NCBI GenBank assembly: GCA_910585335.1
Contig: CAJUCU010000001.1
Coordinates: 107,888 to 156,971 of the forward strand
DNA: 49,084 nt
Direction of reading: 5' to 3'
Source of the DNA: an uncultured Bacilli bacterium
Lineage (GTDB): Bacteria > Bacillota_I > Bacilli_A > RF39 > UBA660
In this document: piece by piece, positions 1 through 11,652 of the stretch
Layout: each line of letters opens with the position of its first letter
How positions within the stretch are numbered: the first letter of the stretch is position 1
The notes under the pieces: generated by a model
The model's database searches: none
The model's input: the letters and a program-made list of their open reading frames with translations, nothing else
What the model was told of the DNA's origin: nothing
Position numbers and translations under genes: made by a program

Positions 1-18
1 CGTGTGCTCTTCCGATCT
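1..18. other. Illumina adapter remnant at contig end (non-biological)
   Basis: Positions 1-18 read CGTGTGCTCTTCCGATCT, which matches the 3' end of the standard Illumina TruSeq read-2 adapter as I remember it. Confidence 0.9.
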
Positions 19-53
19 ATTCCACATAATGGACGACATCCATTATGTGGAAT
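19..53. repeat. Perfect 15-bp inverted repeat (foldback) abutting the adapter
   Basis: 19-33 ATTCCACATAATGGA is the exact reverse complement of 39-53 TCCATTATGTGGAAT, with a 5-nt spacer CGACA. The right arm is in-frame rpsK coding sequence (..DVTPIPHNG) and the left arm is its mirror copy. Confidence 0.85.
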
Positions 54-392
54 TGGTGTAACATCGTTGATAGCAGTGATTTCTAATCCTGCTGTTTGAA
101 GTGAGCGAATTGCTGTTTCACGTCCTGGACCTAATCCTTTAACGTAGACTTCTACTTTACGCATTCCCATATCGTATGCCGTTTTTCCACAAGCTTCAGC
201 GGCCATACCTGCAGCGAATGGGGTAGATTTCTTACTTCCTTTAAATCCGATTGCTCCACTTGATGCCCAACTAATTACGTTTCCTTCTTTATCAGTGATG
301 GTTGTAATTGTGTTATTAAATGTAGAATGAATATGTGCCACACCTTCTGGAACATTCTTTTTTACTTTTTTCTTTCTTGTTTTATAAGCCAT
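34..392 (-). CDS. rpsK: 30S ribosomal protein S11, 3' end cut off by the contig end/foldback
   Basis: ATG at 392-390 is preceded by AAAGGAGG. My own translation gives [34 protein letters not shown]...[15 protein letters not shown]. It is absent from the ORF track because no stop is reached before the window end. Confidence 0.9.
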
Positions 393-425
393 AAGTCTAA
401 CCTCCTTTTAAATTAGTTTACGTTA

Positions 426-794
426 TTAAACTTTCTTCTTATTTGCAACAGTCTTACCCTTACCTTTACGAGTACGAGCATTACGAGAAGTTCTTTGACC
501 TCTTACTGGTAATCCTTTTTTATGACGGCTACCTTCATAAGAATTAATTTCCATTTTTGTTTTGATATTCATACTTACTTCACGACGAAGATCACCTTCT
601 GTTAAGTGGTTATTAATCTCATCTCTTAATTTAATTAAATCCTCTTGAGATACATCTCCTGCCTTCATTGTTGGATCTACTCCTGCTTTTTCACAAAGTG
701 ATTTTGCAAGACTTCTTCCAATACCATAAATGTAAGTTAGTGATATACAAATATGTTTATCATTTGGAATATCTACACCTTTAATACGTGCCAT
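426..794 (-). CDS. rpsM: 30S ribosomal protein S13
   Basis: 122-aa ORF starting [13 protein letters not shown], with a basic C-terminus, located between rpmJ and rpsK. Confidence 0.97.
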   Translation of the reverse strand: MARIKGVDIPNDKHICISLTYIYGIGRSLAKSLCEKAGVDPTMKAGDVSQEDLIKLRDEINNHLTEGDLRREVSMNIKTKMEINSYEGSRHKKGLPVRGQRTSRNARTRKGKGKTVANKKKV

Positions 795-812
795 AGTACA
801 CCTCCTATAAAA

Positions 813-926
813 TTATCCTTGTCTTTGTTTGTGTTTTGGGTTTTCACAAATTACCATAACGCGACCTTTACGCTTAATGATTTTGCATTTTGCACAAATT
901 TTCTTTACTGATGGTTTTACTTTCAT
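813..926 (-). CDS. rpmJ: 50S ribosomal protein L36 (zinc-ribbon form)
   Basis: Too short for the ORF track. ATG at 926-924 and TAA at 815-813. It translates to [37 protein letters not shown] (37 aa). Confidence 0.95.
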   Translation of the reverse strand: MKVKPSVKKICAKCKIIKRKGRVMVICENPKHKQRQG

Positions 927-940
927 TATTATCCCTCCTA

Positions 941-1156
941 CTATTTACGATAGGTAATACGCCCACGTGTTAAGTCATAAGGCGACAGTTCTATCATTAC
1001 AGTATCACCTGGTAAGATGCGAATGTAATGCATTCGTATTTTACCAGAAACGTGGGCTTCCACTAGGTGTCCATTTTCTAGTTCTACTTTAAACTTTCCA
1101 CCTGGTATAATTTCTAGAACTTTACCTTCTATTTCAATTGTATCTTCTTTTGCCAT
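941..1156 (-). CDS. infA: Translation initiation factor IF-1
   Basis: 71 aa, [15 protein letters not shown]...ITYRK, in the canonical position between map and rpmJ. Confidence 0.96.
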   Translation of the reverse strand: MAKEDTIEIEGKVLEIIPGGKFKVELENGHLVEAHVSGKIRMHYIRILPGDTVMIELSPYDLTRGRITYRK

Positions 1157-1160
1157 CTTT

Positions 1161-1907
1161 TCACTCTCCTGTCAGTATTTGGTATCCATCTTTTGTTACA
1201 ACTACTGTATGTTCATAATGAGCTGATGGACGAGAATCTTCGGTTACAATCGTCCAGTCATTTTCTAACATATAAATATCTGGACTGCCGATATTTAGCA
1301 TTGGTTCTACAGCTAAGACCATTCCTTCTTTTAATTTAGGTCCACTTCCTGCTACGCCATAATTGGGTACATCTGGTGATTCATGAAGTTTTGTGCCGAC
1401 TCCATGACCACATAGTTCTAAGACTACACCTAAATTATGCTGATGGGCATAGGTTTCTATTTTGTTTCCAATATCACCAATGCGCGAACCTGGTTTTATT
1501 ACTTCTAAACCTTGATATAAAGCTTTTTCAGTATGTTCCATTAGATATTTTTTTTCTTCATCGATTTCTCCTACGGCATAAGTCCAAGCAGAATCTCCAT
1601 GATATCCTTTGTAACATGCGCCTATATCAATTGAAATAATATCACCATTTTTTAACTTTCTATTATCTGGTATTCCATGTACTACTTCATCATTAATGCT
1701 TGTACATATACTACCTGGGAATCCATTGTATCCCTTAAAAGAAGGAGTTGCATCGTTTTTCCTTATAAATTCTTCTGCTAAATGATCGAGCTCTAAGGTT
1801 GTCATTCCTTCTTTTATATAAGGTTTTAGGTACTGATGTGTTTTATAAACAATATTTCCCGCTTGTTTTAATAATGCTATTTCGCGTTCGCTTTTTATTG
1901 TAATCAC
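1161..1907 (-). CDS. map: Type I methionine aminopeptidase
   Basis: 248 aa with [17 protein letters not shown] and AVEPM/YEHTV metal-ligand regions. The GTG start overlaps the adk TGA (GTGA). Confidence 0.95.
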   Translation of the reverse strand: MITIKSEREIALLKQAGNIVYKTHQYLKPYIKEGMTTLELDHLAEEFIRKNDATPSFKGYNGFPGSICTSINDEVVHGIPDNRKLKNGDIISIDIGACYKGYHGDSAWTYAVGEIDEEKKYLMEHTEKALYQGLEVIKPGSRIGDIGNKIETYAHQHNLGVVLELCGHGVGTKLHESPDVPNYGVAGSGPKLKEGMVLAVEPMLNIGSPDIYMLENDWTIVTEDSRPSAHYEHTVVVTKDGYQILTGE

Positions 1908-2569
1908 TTATTCTCACTACCTTTAATAATACAATCTATTTCATGAAATACTCGACCGATTGGTTTAGTACCATCAATACGGTATAACACGCCCATATCT
2001 TCATAGTGTTTAACAATTGGCTCCGTCTTTTCTAGATACATTTGGTATCTAGTTTGAAACGACGTGATATTGTCATCACTTCTTTGATATAAGTGTCCTC
2101 CACAATAATCACAACTGGACTCTATTTGTGGAATACATTCTTCTTCGTTTATATTAAAAACTGATTTACACTCTTCACAAATTCTGCGACCTGTAATTCT
2201 TTTTTCTAGTGTTTTTTCATCAATTTCTAGTAAAAACACATAGCCAATTTCTTGACCTAAGCGACTTAAGATTTCATCATATTTTAAGGCTTGATCCAAA
2301 GTTCTTGGAAAACCATCTATGATAAAACCATTTTTACAGTCTTCTTTTTTTAAGCGTTCTTCTATCAATTGATATGTAATTTCATCTTTGACTAGTCTAC
2401 CACTGGTCAGTGTTTCTAGTACATAATTTCCAAGTTCACTATCTTCTTTTGAGATTTCCCTTAGAATGTCTCCTGTTGAAATATGAGGAATTTCATATTT
2501 CATTACAACCATCTCCGCTTGGGTTCCTTTTCCTGCAGCGGGTGGTGCGATAAACATTATATTTTTCAT
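1904..2569 (-). CDS. adk: Adenylate kinase with Cys4 lid
   Basis: 221 aa with P-loop APPAAGKGTQ and lid CEEC...CDYC. It ends in TGA. Confidence 0.95.
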   Translation of the reverse strand: MKNIMFIAPPAAGKGTQAEMVVMKYEIPHISTGDILREISKEDSELGNYVLETLTSGRLVKDEITYQLIEERLKKEDCKNGFIIDGFPRTLDQALKYDEILSRLGQEIGYVFLLEIDEKTLEKRITGRRICEECKSVFNINEEECIPQIESSCDYCGGHLYQRSDDNITSFQTRYQMYLEKTEPIVKHYEDMGVLYRIDGTKPIGRVFHEIDCIIKGSENK

Positions 2570-3834
2570 CGTCTACTATATCCTTTTTTGTAATTTCTAG
2601 TAAGCAAGCTTCCTTCTAATTGTTTATATGTCTCAAGAGCAACTCCGACTACGATTAATAGTCCTGTTCCACCTATTGATACACTCGTTGGTAGTGTTGT
2701 AAATTTTGAGAATAAAATTGGAAGTCCTGCGATTACTACTAGAAATACTGCTCCTAGTATAGTAAGTCTCGATAGTACTTTACTAATATGTTTTTCTGTT
2801 TCTTCTCCTGGCTTAATACCTGGAATATATCCACCATTTTGTTGCAAGTTCTTTGCAAACTCTTCTGGTTTAAATTGAATAAAGGTATAAAAGTAAGCGA
2901 AGAAGAAGATGAATATTACATAGATCAAGAAACCAACTGGTGTTGTGTAAGTTAAATACTTTTGTACAAATAAAGTAAACCCTTCTTTATTGATAAATCC
3001 TGAGATGATTCCAGGAACAGCCATTAAGCTTGAAGCGAAAATGACTGGTACCACTCCAGCGGTATTAATCTTGATTGGCATGAACGATTGATTTGCTCCG
3101 TATGCACTTGTTGATTTGTTGGCATATTGTATTGGAATTCTACGTTCTGATTCTTGAACGAAGATGACACCAATTACAATTACAAAGTAAACTAGCGCAA
3201 ATAAAGCAAATTTTGTTATTCCAAGAATCGTTGTTTGCAAATCTCCAAATGTTACAAGGCCTTGAAAAGCGGTAATAAACATTTGAGGAAGTGTTGCAAT
3301 AATTCCTGCCATAATAATCATACTGATTCCATTACCAATTCCTTTTTGACTGATTTGATCTCCTAACCATAGTAGGAATGCAGTTCCTGCTGTTAGAACT
3401 GTAGCAATGTATAAATACTTCATTGGATCTCCACTTTTTCCGATGAAAGCAAAGGCAAAGGCATAACCTTCAATGAAAGAGAAAATGATTCCCATATATC
3501 TTGTGATTTGGTTTATCTTTTGTCTTCCTGTATGACCCTGTTTTGCCAGTTCAGAAAAATATGGAATAATGTCTAATTGTAATAATTGAATAATAATGGA
3601 TGCCGTAATATAAGGCATAACCCCTAAAGCAAATATTGAGAAGTTCTTTAAAGCTCCTCCACCCATTGTGTTTATTAGCTCTAAGAAACCTAAATTACTT
3701 GTTAAATCTTTGGTACCTGGTACTCTAATCGCAGTTCCAAGTATGAAGATCATTAATGCTCCAAGTGTGAAATAAATTCTTTTTCGTAAATCTTTATTCT
3801 TGGATGCAAATAATTGCTTCATGGTTTTAAACAT
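2566..3834 (-). CDS. secY: Preprotein translocase subunit SecY
   Basis: 422-aa polytopic membrane ORF between rplO and adk. Confidence 0.96.
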   Translation of the reverse strand: MFKTMKQLFASKNKDLRKRIYFTLGALMIFILGTAIRVPGTKDLTSNLGFLELINTMGGGALKNFSIFALGVMPYITASIIIQLLQLDIIPYFSELAKQGHTGRQKINQITRYMGIIFSFIEGYAFAFAFIGKSGDPMKYLYIATVLTAGTAFLLWLGDQISQKGIGNGISMIIMAGIIATLPQMFITAFQGLVTFGDLQTTILGITKFALFALVYFVIVIGVIFVQESERRIPIQYANKSTSAYGANQSFMPIKINTAGVVPVIFASSLMAVPGIISGFINKEGFTLFVQKYLTYTTPVGFLIYVIFIFFFAYFYTFIQFKPEEFAKNLQQNGGYIPGIKPGEETEKHISKVLSRLTILGAVFLVVIAGLPILFSKFTTLPTSVSIGGTGLLIVVGVALETYKQLEGSLLTRNYKKGYSRR

Positions 3835-3835
3835 A

Positions 3836-4279
3836 CTAGATCACCTCAGCTTTGCTTCCGCTTGCTTTGATCTTTTCTAGGGCAGAACTAGAAAACTTAT
3901 GTGCTTGGATTGTAAGTTTCTTTTCTAGTGTCCCTTCTCCTAAAACCTTAATTCCACTTAATTCTTTTTTTACGATTCCTGCTTCTTTTAATAAAGCTGG
4001 TGTTACTACTGTACCATTTTCAAAACGGTTTAAGTCCGAAATATTGATTACAGCGTACACTTTTTTAAACATATGATTTGAGAATCCTCTTTTTGGAAGT
4101 CTTCTGTATAGTGGTAATTGTCCACCTTCGAATACTGGTGAAACACCACCACCGCTACGTGCATTTTGTCCCTTTTGTCCACGGCCACATGTTTTTCCTA
4201 AGCCACTACCTGGACCGTTACCTACGCGTTTTCTTCTATGAGTAGCGCCGATATTTTTTTCTAATTCATGTAATTTCAT
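3836..4279 (-). CDS. rplO: 50S ribosomal protein L15
   Basis: 147 aa with the Gly-rich basic N-terminus [23 protein letters not shown]. Confidence 0.96.
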   Translation of the reverse strand: MKLHELEKNIGATHRRKRVGNGPGSGLGKTCGRGQKGQNARSGGGVSPVFEGGQLPLYRRLPKRGFSNHMFKKVYAVINISDLNRFENGTVVTPALLKEAGIVKKELSGIKVLGEGTLEKKLTIQAHKFSSSALEKIKASGSKAEVI

Positions 4280-4788
4280 TATCCTAATATCTCCTCTACT
4301 GTTTTACCACGAAGTTTTGCAACCTCTTCTGGTGTTTTCATTGATTTTAATGCATTAAGGGCAGCTGTTGCCATATTTAGTTTGGTTCTTGCACCAAGGG
4401 ATTTTGAGACAATATCACGTACTCCTGCTAATTCTAGGACAGCACGTACTGAACCACCGGCAATTACACCAGTACCACGTGGGGCTGGTTTTAAAATAAC
4501 ACGAGCAGCTCCTGCTGTTCCAATGGCTTCGTGTGCCACTGTTCTTCCATCAATTAGAGGTATCTTAATCATATTTTTATTGGCATCTTGAATTGCCTTT
4601 TTGATTGCATCAGGTACTTCATTTGCTTTACCTGTACCTAATCCAACACGACCTTTTCTGTCCCCAATTACAACAGTTGCTGAGAATCTTCTTTGACGTC
4701 CACCTTTGTTAACTTTAACAACGCTTTTGATGTCAACTACGAATTCTTCAAACTCTTTTGCTTTTGGGTCTTGTGTTTTTCTTTGCAT
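4279..4788 (-). CDS. rpsE: 30S ribosomal protein S5
   Basis: 169 aa with [23 protein letters not shown]. The stop overlaps the rplO ATG by 1 nt (TAATG). Confidence 0.96.
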   Translation of the reverse strand: MQRKTQDPKAKEFEEFVVDIKSVVKVNKGGRQRRFSATVVIGDRKGRVGLGTGKANEVPDAIKKAIQDANKNMIKIPLIDGRTVAHEAIGTAGAARVILKPAPRGTGVIAGGSVRAVLELAGVRDIVSKSLGARTKLNMATAALNALKSMKTPEEVAKLRGKTVEEILG

Positions 4789-4800
4789 ATTAACCTCCTA

Positions 4801-5163
4801 TTAGAATTCTAATCCATTCTCGCGTGCAGCCTCTGCTAGAGCTTTTACACGACCATGATAAAGGTATCCTCCTCTATCAAATACTACTTTCGTAATAGAT
4901 TTTGCTACTGCTTTTTTAGCGATAGCTTCTCCTACCATTTTTGCTGCTTCTATATTACTTCCATTTGCAATTTTTAAATCTTTATCTAATGAGGAAGCAG
5001 CAACTATTGTATACTTTGTTTCATCATCAATGATTTGTGCATAAATTCCAGTATTTGATCTAAATACACATAATCTTGGAACTAGACTTGTTCCTGAAAT
5101 CTTGTTACGAATACGCTCATGACGAACCACGCGCATACTATTACGAGATTCTTTCTTTATCAT
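4801..5163 (-). CDS. rplR: 50S ribosomal protein L18
   Basis: 120 aa ending [26 protein letters not shown]. Confidence 0.96.
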   Translation of the reverse strand: MIKKESRNSMRVVRHERIRNKISGTSLVPRLCVFRSNTGIYAQIIDDETKYTIVAASSLDKDLKIANGSNIEAAKMVGEAIAKKAVAKSITKVVFDRGGYLYHGRVKALAEAARENGLEF

Positions 5164-5185
5164 AATAATTCTCCCTTCCTACTTA

Positions 5186-5716
5186 TTAAGCAGCTTTCTT
5201 TCCTTCTTTACGACGAACATGTTCATCTTTGTAACGAATTCCTTTTCCTTTGTATGGTTCAGGTTTTCTTACCTTTCTAACGTTGGCAGCAAATTCACCA
5301 ACTGCTACTTTATCAATACCTTTAATAGTAATTTCAGTATTGCTTTTTGCTTCTACTGTAAGTCCTTCTGGTACTATTATTTCTACTGGATGAGAATATC
5401 CAGCGTTAATTACTAATTTTTTACCTTGCACATTGAAACGATAACCAACACCAATGATTTCTAATTCTTTTTCAAAACCATCTTTTACACCTTTAATCAT
5501 ATTTTGAATTAGCGCATTCATTGTTCCATGCATTGCTTTTGCTGATTCACATTTACGATCTAGTGTAATATTGTTATCTGTCTGTGTCATAGTAATATCT
5601 TTTAGCATTTTTTGTTCTAATGTTCCTTTAGGTCCTGTAACAATTACTACTCCGTTTTCTTCTTTTACTGTTACTCCTTCTGGAACTACAATAATACGTT
5701 TTCCAATACGGCTCAT
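5186..5716 (-). CDS. rplF: 50S ribosomal protein L6
   Basis: 176 aa starting MSRIGKRIIVVPEGVTV. Confidence 0.96.
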   Translation of the reverse strand: MSRIGKRIIVVPEGVTVKEENGVVIVTGPKGTLEQKMLKDITMTQTDNNITLDRKCESAKAMHGTMNALIQNMIKGVKDGFEKELEIIGVGYRFNVQGKKLVINAGYSHPVEIIVPEGLTVEAKSNTEITIKGIDKVAVGEFAANVRKVRKPEPYKGKGIRYKDEHVRRKEGKKAA

Positions 5717-5742
5717 TTTGACACCTCCTTATATTTCTTATC

Positions 5743-6144
5743 TTACCAAATATAAGCTAGAACTTCTCCACCTATATTTTGTTTGCGAGCTTCTTTATCT
5801 GTCATGATTCCTTTAGATGTTGATAAAATTGCGATTCCAAGTCCATTCAACACTTTTGGAATTTCATCATTCTTAGCATAAACGCGAAGTCCTGGTTTGG
5901 AAATTCTCTTAAGTCCAGTGATAACTCTTTCTTTTTTCTCTGTATATTTAAGAGTTAAGATTAGAGTTCCTTGAACATCATTTTTTTCTAATTTATAATC
6001 TTTTATAAATCCTTCGTCTTTTAAGATACGAGCGATTTCTTTCTTTAAGTTAGATGCTGGTACACGAACTTCTTCATAACGCATTTGGTTTGCATTACGG
6101 ATGCGTGTTAGCATGTCTGCTATAGTATCTGTTACTACTGCCAT
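5743..6144 (-). CDS. rpsH: 30S ribosomal protein S8
   Basis: 133 aa with [13 protein letters not shown] and ending GGEVLAYIW. Confidence 0.96.
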   Translation of the reverse strand: MAVVTDTIADMLTRIRNANQMRYEEVRVPASNLKKEIARILKDEGFIKDYKLEKNDVQGTLILTLKYTEKKERVITGLKRISKPGLRVYAKNDEIPKVLNGLGIAILSTSKGIMTDKEARKQNIGGEVLAYIW

Positions 6145-6163
6145 AAAGTCTCCTCCTTTCCAA

Positions 6164-6349
6164 TTACCAACTTGATTTTTTAATTCCTGGTATTTGTCCT
6201 TTATAAGCTAATTCACGGAAGCAAATACGGCATATTCCGAATTTACTCATAACTGCATGAGGTCTTCCACAACGAGCACAACGTGTATATTCACGTACTT
6301 TGTACTTTTGTTTTCTATTAGCTTTTGCTATCATACTTTTTTTTGCCAT
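6164..6349 (-). CDS. rpsN: 30S ribosomal protein S14, type Z (zinc-binding)
   Basis: 61 aa with CARCGRP...CRICFRE. Confidence 0.95.
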   Translation of the reverse strand: MAKKSMIAKANRKQKYKVREYTRCARCGRPHAVMSKFGICRICFRELAYKGQIPGIKKSSW

Positions 6350-6362
6350 GTTTACCCTCCAA

Positions 6363-6902
6363 TTACTTTCTAAAAGGAATTCCTAGTTCATTTAATAAAT
6401 CAAATGATTCCTCATTAGTCTTTGCTGTTGTTACGAATACGATATCCATACCACGCACTTTTACTACATCATCATAATCAATTTCAGAGAAAATTAATTG
6501 TTCTTTAATTCCCATTGTGTAGTTTCCTCTACCATCAAATGCTTTTGGGCTTACACCACGGAAATCTCTAACACGAGGAAGTCCGATTGCAATCAATTTA
6601 TCCATAAAATTATACATATTTTCTCCACGTAATGTAACCTTACATCCGATTGCTTGACCTTCTCTTACTTTGAATCCAGCGATTGACTTCTTAGCCTTTG
6701 TAATTACTGGTTTTTGTCCTGAGATTTTTTCAAGATCTGCTACTGCTGCATCCAATAGTTTAGAATTACTAGTAGCATCTCCTACTCCCATATTGATTAC
6801 GATTTTTTCTAATTTAGGAACTTCCATAATTGATGTGTATTTGTATTTATTCATTAAACTTGGAACTACTTCATTTAAGTATTTTTCTTTTAGGCGGTTC
6901 AT
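6363..6902 (-). CDS. rplE: 50S ribosomal protein L5
   Basis: 179 aa starting [16 protein letters not shown]. Confidence 0.96.
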   Translation of the reverse strand: MNRLKEKYLNEVVPSLMNKYKYTSIMEVPKLEKIVINMGVGDATSNSKLLDAAVADLEKISGQKPVITKAKKSIAGFKVREGQAIGCKVTLRGENMYNFMDKLIAIGLPRVRDFRGVSPKAFDGRGNYTMGIKEQLIFSEIDYDDVVKVRGMDIVFVTTAKTNEESFDLLNELGIPFRK

Positions 6903-6919
6903 ATATTACCCTCCTTCCA

Positions 6920-7228
6920 CTAATCAAGCTTTTCGTTTGATTTTTTTGTTATTCTTATTTTTTTATCATCTTTATCAGTTGTATGTCCTATTCTAGTTCT
7001 TTTCTTTGTTTTAGGATCTACTATCATTACATTAGATGCATGAATTGGTGCTTCCATCTCAATGATTCCACCATTTCCTTGACCGTCATTTTTTTGGTGT
7101 TTTTTTACAACGTGAACACCTTCTACAACGACTCTATTTTCGCGTCTTAATGTTTTAATAATTGTTCCTTCTTTACCTTTGTCAGAACCAGCGATAACTA
7201 CAACTTTGTCTCCTACTTTAAAGTTCAT
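6920..7228 (-). CDS. rplX: 50S ribosomal protein L24
   Basis: 102 aa with the KOW region VGDKVVVIAGSDKGKEG. Confidence 0.95.
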   Translation of the reverse strand: MNFKVGDKVVVIAGSDKGKEGTIIKTLRRENRVVVEGVHVVKKHQKNDGQGNGGIIEMEAPIHASNVMIVDPKTKKRTRIGHTTDKDDKKIRITKKSNEKLD

Positions 7229-7238
7229 ATTATCCTCC

Positions 7239-7607
7239 TTATAGTACTTCTTTAGCCAAAGATACGATTTTCATATAGTCTTTGTCACGAAGTTCTCTTG
7301 CTACTGGTCCAAAAATACGAGTACCTACTGGACTCTTGTCATCTTTAATGATGACACAAGCGTTGTCATCGAATTTGATGTAGCTTCCATCGTCTCTGCG
7401 GACACCTTGACGGCTACGAACGATAACTGCTTTTACAACTTTTCCCTTTGGAACGTTAGAATTTGGAATTGCATTTTTTACAGTTCCTACTACTACGTCT
7501 CCAATATTACCGGTTTTTACTTTACTTCCACCTAGAACGCGAATTACTAATAGTTCTTTTGCGCCTGAGTTATCAGCAACTTTTAACCTACTTTCTTGTT
7601 GTAACAT
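7239..7607 (-). CDS. rplN: 50S ribosomal protein L14
   Basis: 122 aa starting [18 protein letters not shown]. Confidence 0.97.
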   Translation of the reverse strand: MLQQESRLKVADNSGAKELLVIRVLGGSKVKTGNIGDVVVGTVKNAIPNSNVPKGKVVKAVIVRSRQGVRRDDGSYIKFDDNACVIIKDDKSPVGTRIFGPVARELRDKDYMKIVSLAKEVL

Positions 7608-7630
7608 AGATTATTCCTCCTTCGCACTTG

Positions 7631-7891
7631 TTATACAATAACTGCTTCTTTTACGATTTCTTTTAAATAGAAATGTTTAGTTTTTGAGATTGGTCTTGTT
7701 GAGACAATTTTTACTGTATCTCCAACTTTCGCTTTATTTGTTTCATCATGAACAGTATATTTCTTAGAGTCTTTTACTCTTTTATGATATAATGGATGTT
7801 TTTTATAAGTTTCTACTAAAACTGTAATTGTCTTATCGTTTTTCGCACTTACTACTTTTCCGACAAGCTCTTTTTTAACCTTTTTTTCCAT
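7631..7891 (-). CDS. rpsQ: 30S ribosomal protein S17
   Basis: 86 aa, lies between rpmC and rplN. Confidence 0.95.
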   Translation of the reverse strand: MEKKVKKELVGKVVSAKNDKTITVLVETYKKHPLYHKRVKDSKKYTVHDETNKAKVGDTVKIVSTRPISKTKHFYLKEIVKEAVIV

Positions 7892-7901
7892 CGTCTACCT
7901 C

Positions 7902-8096
7902 CTATTCATTTATTTCACGTTCTTTTAGAACGGTTTTCATTCTGGCAACGGTGTGTCTTAATTCTCTGATTCTTGAAGGTTTCTCTAGGTTTCCTGTTGC
8001 TTGTTGGAAACGTAGGTTAAATAATTCTTCTTTTGTTTCTTTGATTTTTGCATTAATTTCTTCTGTTGATAGTTCTCTAATTTCTTTTACCTTCAT
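7902..8096 (-). CDS. rpmC: 50S ribosomal protein L29
   Basis: The ORF track starts at 8111, but the ATG at 8096-8094 ([10 protein letters not shown]..) gives the canonical L29 N-terminus and sits just after the rplP stop (8098-8100). Confidence 0.9.
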   Translation of the reverse strand: MKVKEIRELSTEEINAKIKETKEELFNLRFQQATGNLEKPSRIRELRHTVARMKTVLKEREINE

Positions 8097-8097
8097 A

Positions 8098-8517
8098 TTA
8101 CTCACCACCATTTTCTTTCTTTACAAATTTTGTGGCAACTGGTAACTTGTGAGATGCTAGGCGTAGAGCTTCACGAGCAATTTCTTCTGAAACTCCAGCA
8201 ATTTCGAACATTATTTTGCCTTCTTTAACGACTGCAACCCATCCTTCGACATTACCTTTACCTTTTCCTTGACGAGTACCAATTGGTTTTTTTGTAAGTG
8301 GCATGTGCGGGAATATATTGATCCATACTTTACCACCACGTTTCATATAACGAGTCATTGCAATACGAGCTGCTTCGATTTGGTTTGCTGTAATCCAAGC
8401 ACCTTCTTTTGCTTGCAATCCATATTCTCCAAAAGATAGTTCACGGTTTCCACGTGACACACCTTCATGAGGTAATCTATGAACACGACGATATTTTGTT
8501 CTTGATGGTATTAACAT
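8098..8517 (-). CDS. rplP: 50S ribosomal protein L16
   Basis: 139 aa starting [14 protein letters not shown]. Confidence 0.96.
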   Translation of the reverse strand: MLIPSRTKYRRVHRLPHEGVSRGNRELSFGEYGLQAKEGAWITANQIEAARIAMTRYMKRGGKVWINIFPHMPLTKKPIGTRQGKGKGNVEGWVAVVKEGKIMFEIAGVSEEIAREALRLASHKLPVATKFVKKENGGE

Positions 8518-8519
8518 AC

Positions 8520-9173
8520 TTACTTACCTCCTTTACCTTTTTTAGAAGGAAGAATTTCTCCTTTATAAATCCATACTTTAACTCCAATTTTTCCGAATGT
8601 TGTATCTGCTTCTGAAGTTGCATAATCAACATCTGCTCTTAAAGTATGTAGTGGAATCGTTCCTTCTGTGTATCCTTCGCTACGTGCCATATCAGCACCA
8701 CCTAGACGTCCAGATACGCTTGTTTTAATTCCTTTAGCCCCTGCTTTCATTGCATTTCTAATTGCACGTTTTTGAGCCATACGGAATGATGCTCTGTTAC
8801 TGATTTGATTTGCAATAGAGTCAGCAACTAGTTGAGCATTCATATCAGCTTTTTTGATATCAACGATGGAAATTTGTACATTTTCGTCTGCTACTTTAGA
8901 TAATTGCTTTTTAAGTTTTTCAATTTCTTCTCCGCCGCGTCCAATCATGACACCTGGTTTAGAAGTATGTACAATTACTTCGCATCTCTTAGCATTTCTT
9001 TCAATTTCAACTTTGGCAATTCCTGCATTTTTTAAGTTCTTTTCAAAAAACTTACGAATTTCGATATCTTTTAATAGCTTGTCTGAAAAGTCACTTTTAT
9101 TTGCATACCATTTTGCTTCCCAGTCTTTATTGATGCCAAGTCTAAGTCCATTAGGATTTACTTTTTGTCCCAT
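8520..9173 (-). CDS. rpsC: 30S ribosomal protein S3
   Basis: 217 aa starting [18 protein letters not shown]. Confidence 0.97.
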   Translation of the reverse strand: MGQKVNPNGLRLGINKDWEAKWYANKSDFSDKLLKDIEIRKFFEKNLKNAGIAKVEIERNAKRCEVIVHTSKPGVMIGRGGEEIEKLKKQLSKVADENVQISIVDIKKADMNAQLVADSIANQISNRASFRMAQKRAIRNAMKAGAKGIKTSVSGRLGGADMARSEGYTEGTIPLHTLRADVDYATSEADTTFGKIGVKVWIYKGEILPSKKGKGGK

Positions 9174-9190
9174 GCATATCCCTCCTTCGA

Positions 9191-9523
9191 TTATTTTGTA
9201 GCCACTGTTATTACAATGTGACTAGTTCTTTTATCATTTCTTTTTGTATGTGAACGTGAATCAATTTTTACACGTTTCATTACTGGTCCAGCATCTACTC
9301 TTGCTTCTTTTACATATAAAGTTGCAACATCTGCTCCTTCATTGTTTACGGCATTCGCAATTGCTGAAGCTAGTACTTTTTTGATTAGTCTAGCTGACTT
9401 TTTATTAATATTATCTAATATGGTTAACGCATCACTTACATCTTTACCACGGATTGTATCAATTACAATTCTAGTTCTGATAGGAGATGTTCTTTGTGAC
9501 TTTGCGATTGCTCTTGCTTCCAT
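9191..9523 (-). CDS. rplV: 50S ribosomal protein L22
   Basis: 110 aa, lies between rpsS and rpsC. Confidence 0.95.
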   Translation of the reverse strand: MEARAIAKSQRTSPIRTRIVIDTIRGKDVSDALTILDNINKKSARLIKKVLASAIANAVNNEGADVATLYVKEARVDAGPVMKRVKIDSRSHTKRNDKRTSHIVITVATK

Positions 9524-9547
9524 ACAATTTCCTCCTAGTCATTATTT

Positions 9548-9817
9548 TTATTTTTTCTTGTCTTGTCCATGTCCACCGAATTTACGAGTTAATGCAAATT
9601 CTCCTAATTTATGCCCAACCATGTCTTCTGTAACATAAACTGGTATAAACTCTTTACCGTTGTGAACAGCAAATGTGTGTCCTATAAAATCAGGAAAAAT
9701 AGTGGAACGGCGTGACCATGTTTTAATGACTTCTTTTTTTCCAGACTTATTTAATTCACGTACCCTTTTTAATAGCTTCGCATCAACATAAGGGCCTTTT
9801 TTTAAACTTCTAGCCAT
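9548..9817 (-). CDS. rpsS: 30S ribosomal protein S19
   Basis: 89 aa starting [12 protein letters not shown]. Confidence 0.97.
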   Translation of the reverse strand: MARSLKKGPYVDAKLLKRVRELNKSGKKEVIKTWSRRSTIFPDFIGHTFAVHNGKEFIPVYVTEDMVGHKLGEFALTRKFGGHGQDKKK

Positions 9818-9833
9818 TTTTAATCATCCTTTC

Positions 9834-10664
9834 CTATTTACTATTACGACGACGTACGATAAACTTATCAGATTGTTTTTTCTTACGTGTCTTATATCCA
9901 AGTGCAGGTTTACCCCAAGGGGTTACTGGTGCTTTACGTCCGATTGGTGCACGTCCTTCACCACCACCATGTGGATGGTCATTAGGGTTCATAACAGAAC
10001 CACGAACAGTTGGACGGATTCCCATATGACGGCTTCTTCCTGCTTTTCCAAGTTTTACAAGAGATGCGTCTTCATTTCCAACTTCACCAATAGTTGCCAT
10101 ACATGTTCCAAGTACTTTTCTTTGTTCTCCGCTTGATAAACGTAACATTACATAAGAACCTTCACGTCCAAGAATTTGAGCAGAAGCTCCAGCACTTCTT
10201 GCTAGTTCTCCACCTTTTCCAGGACGAAGTTCGATATTATGTACCATAGTACCAACTGGAATTGACATTAATGGTAGAGCATTTCCTACTTTAATATCTG
10301 CATTTTCTCCTGCAGTGATGACAGCACCTACTTTTAATCCTTTTGGAGCAAGAATGTATCTTTTTTCTCCATCTTTATAGTTGATTAATGCAATATTTGC
10401 TGTTCTATTTGGGTCGTATTCAATACTTGCTACAACACCAGGTACTTCTAATTTATTTCTTTTGAAATCAATGATACGGTATTTTCTTTTTACACCGCCA
10501 CCTTGATGACGAACTGTAATCTTTCCTTGATTATTACGTCCACTTTTCTTTTGAAGACGAACTGTTAGACTTTTTTCAGGAGTAGATTTTGTTAGTTCTT
10601 CATTTACTAGTGTACTCATTTTACGGCGTCCAGGTGTTGTTGGCTTATAATTTCTAATTGCCAT
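9834..10664 (-). CDS. rplB: 50S ribosomal protein L2
   Basis: 276 aa with [14 protein letters not shown]. Confidence 0.97.
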   Translation of the reverse strand: MAIRNYKPTTPGRRKMSTLVNEELTKSTPEKSLTVRLQKKSGRNNQGKITVRHQGGGVKRKYRIIDFKRNKLEVPGVVASIEYDPNRTANIALINYKDGEKRYILAPKGLKVGAVITAGENADIKVGNALPLMSIPVGTMVHNIELRPGKGGELARSAGASAQILGREGSYVMLRLSSGEQRKVLGTCMATIGEVGNEDASLVKLGKAGRSRHMGIRPTVRGSVMNPNDHPHGGGEGRAPIGRKAPVTPWGKPALGYKTRKKKQSDKFIVRRRNSK

Positions 10665-10676
10665 AATTCATCCTCC

Positions 10677-10958
10677 TTAACCAAGTGAGATTGTTTGTCC
10701 TTCTTCTAAAGTGACAATGGCTTTTTTAGCACGATTTGTCATTCCAGAGTAACGACCAACTCTCTTCTTTTTAGGTTTTACATTCAATGTAGAAATACTT
10801 TTTACTTTTACATTAAATAGTTTTTCAATAGCACTTTTAATTTCTGTTTTATTTGCTTTTGGATCTACTAGGAAAACATATTTTCCCATAGCACTTAAGC
10901 TTTGTGATTTTTCAGTAATTACTGGTGCTTTAATAATTTCTAAGTATTTAGTATCCAT
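10677..10958 (-). CDS. rplW: 50S ribosomal protein L23
   Basis: 93 aa, lies between rplD and rplB. Confidence 0.95.
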   Translation of the reverse strand: MDTKYLEIIKAPVITEKSQSLSAMGKYVFLVDPKANKTEIKSAIEKLFNVKVKSISTLNVKPKKKRVGRYSGMTNRAKKAIVTLEEGQTISLG

Positions 10959-11590
10959 TAACGAAGCACCTCCTCAATTTGTGATAATGCTTTTTCTGTT
11001 ACTAGCATCATGTCTGAGTTTACTAAATCTAATACATTAATTTCATCGGCATAGATTAGCGCTATATTTTGAAGATTTCTTGCTGATAAGATTACATTTT
11101 CTTCATAGCTTTCGTTATCCATTACGATTAATACTTTTTTGTCATTTAGTTTTAGTGTATTTAGTAATGAAACCATTTCTTTTGTTTTGGGTGTTGTGAA
11201 TACTAATTCTTCCATTACCATGATTTCATTATCTTGTGCTTTATGTGCTAAAGCAGACTTTAATGCTAAACGTCTTTCTTTTCTGTTTTGTTTTTTACTA
11301 TAATCTCTTGGTACTGGTGTTCCATAACGTCCACCACCTACCCATTGTACAGAACGGATAGAACCTTGACGAGCATGACCTGTTCCTTTTTGTCTCCAAG
11401 GCTTTCTTCCTCCACCTCTTACTTCAGAACGAGTCTTAGTACTATGTGTACCTTGTCTTAGTGATGCTTGTGTTAAGATGATGGCATCATATAAGACTTT
11501 ATCATTTGGGGTAATTCCATAAATTTCTTCATTTAGTTTGATATCATTAATTTTTTCACCTTTAAGGTTTAAAAGATCTATTTTTTTCAT
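10958..11590 (-). CDS. rplD: 50S ribosomal protein L4
   Basis: 210 aa with [22 protein letters not shown]. Confidence 0.96.
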   Translation of the reverse strand: MKKIDLLNLKGEKINDIKLNEEIYGITPNDKVLYDAIILTQASLRQGTHSTKTRSEVRGGGRKPWRQKGTGHARQGSIRSVQWVGGGRYGTPVPRDYSKKQNRKERRLALKSALAHKAQDNEIMVMEELVFTTPKTKEMVSLLNTLKLNDKKVLIVMDNESYEENVILSARNLQNIALIYADEINVLDLVNSDMMLVTEKALSQIEEVLR

Positions 11591-11652
11591 ACCTTTTCTC
11601 CTCCTTTCATCACATTATTATGTATTGCAAAATTTGATTTTGTTTTTCTTAT

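Noticed and set aside
19-53. The terminal inverted repeat as a biological hairpin (telomere, replication or transposon end)
   Set aside because: It directly abuts an Illumina adapter, and one arm is ordinary rpsK coding sequence. A library or assembly artefact is the simplest explanation.
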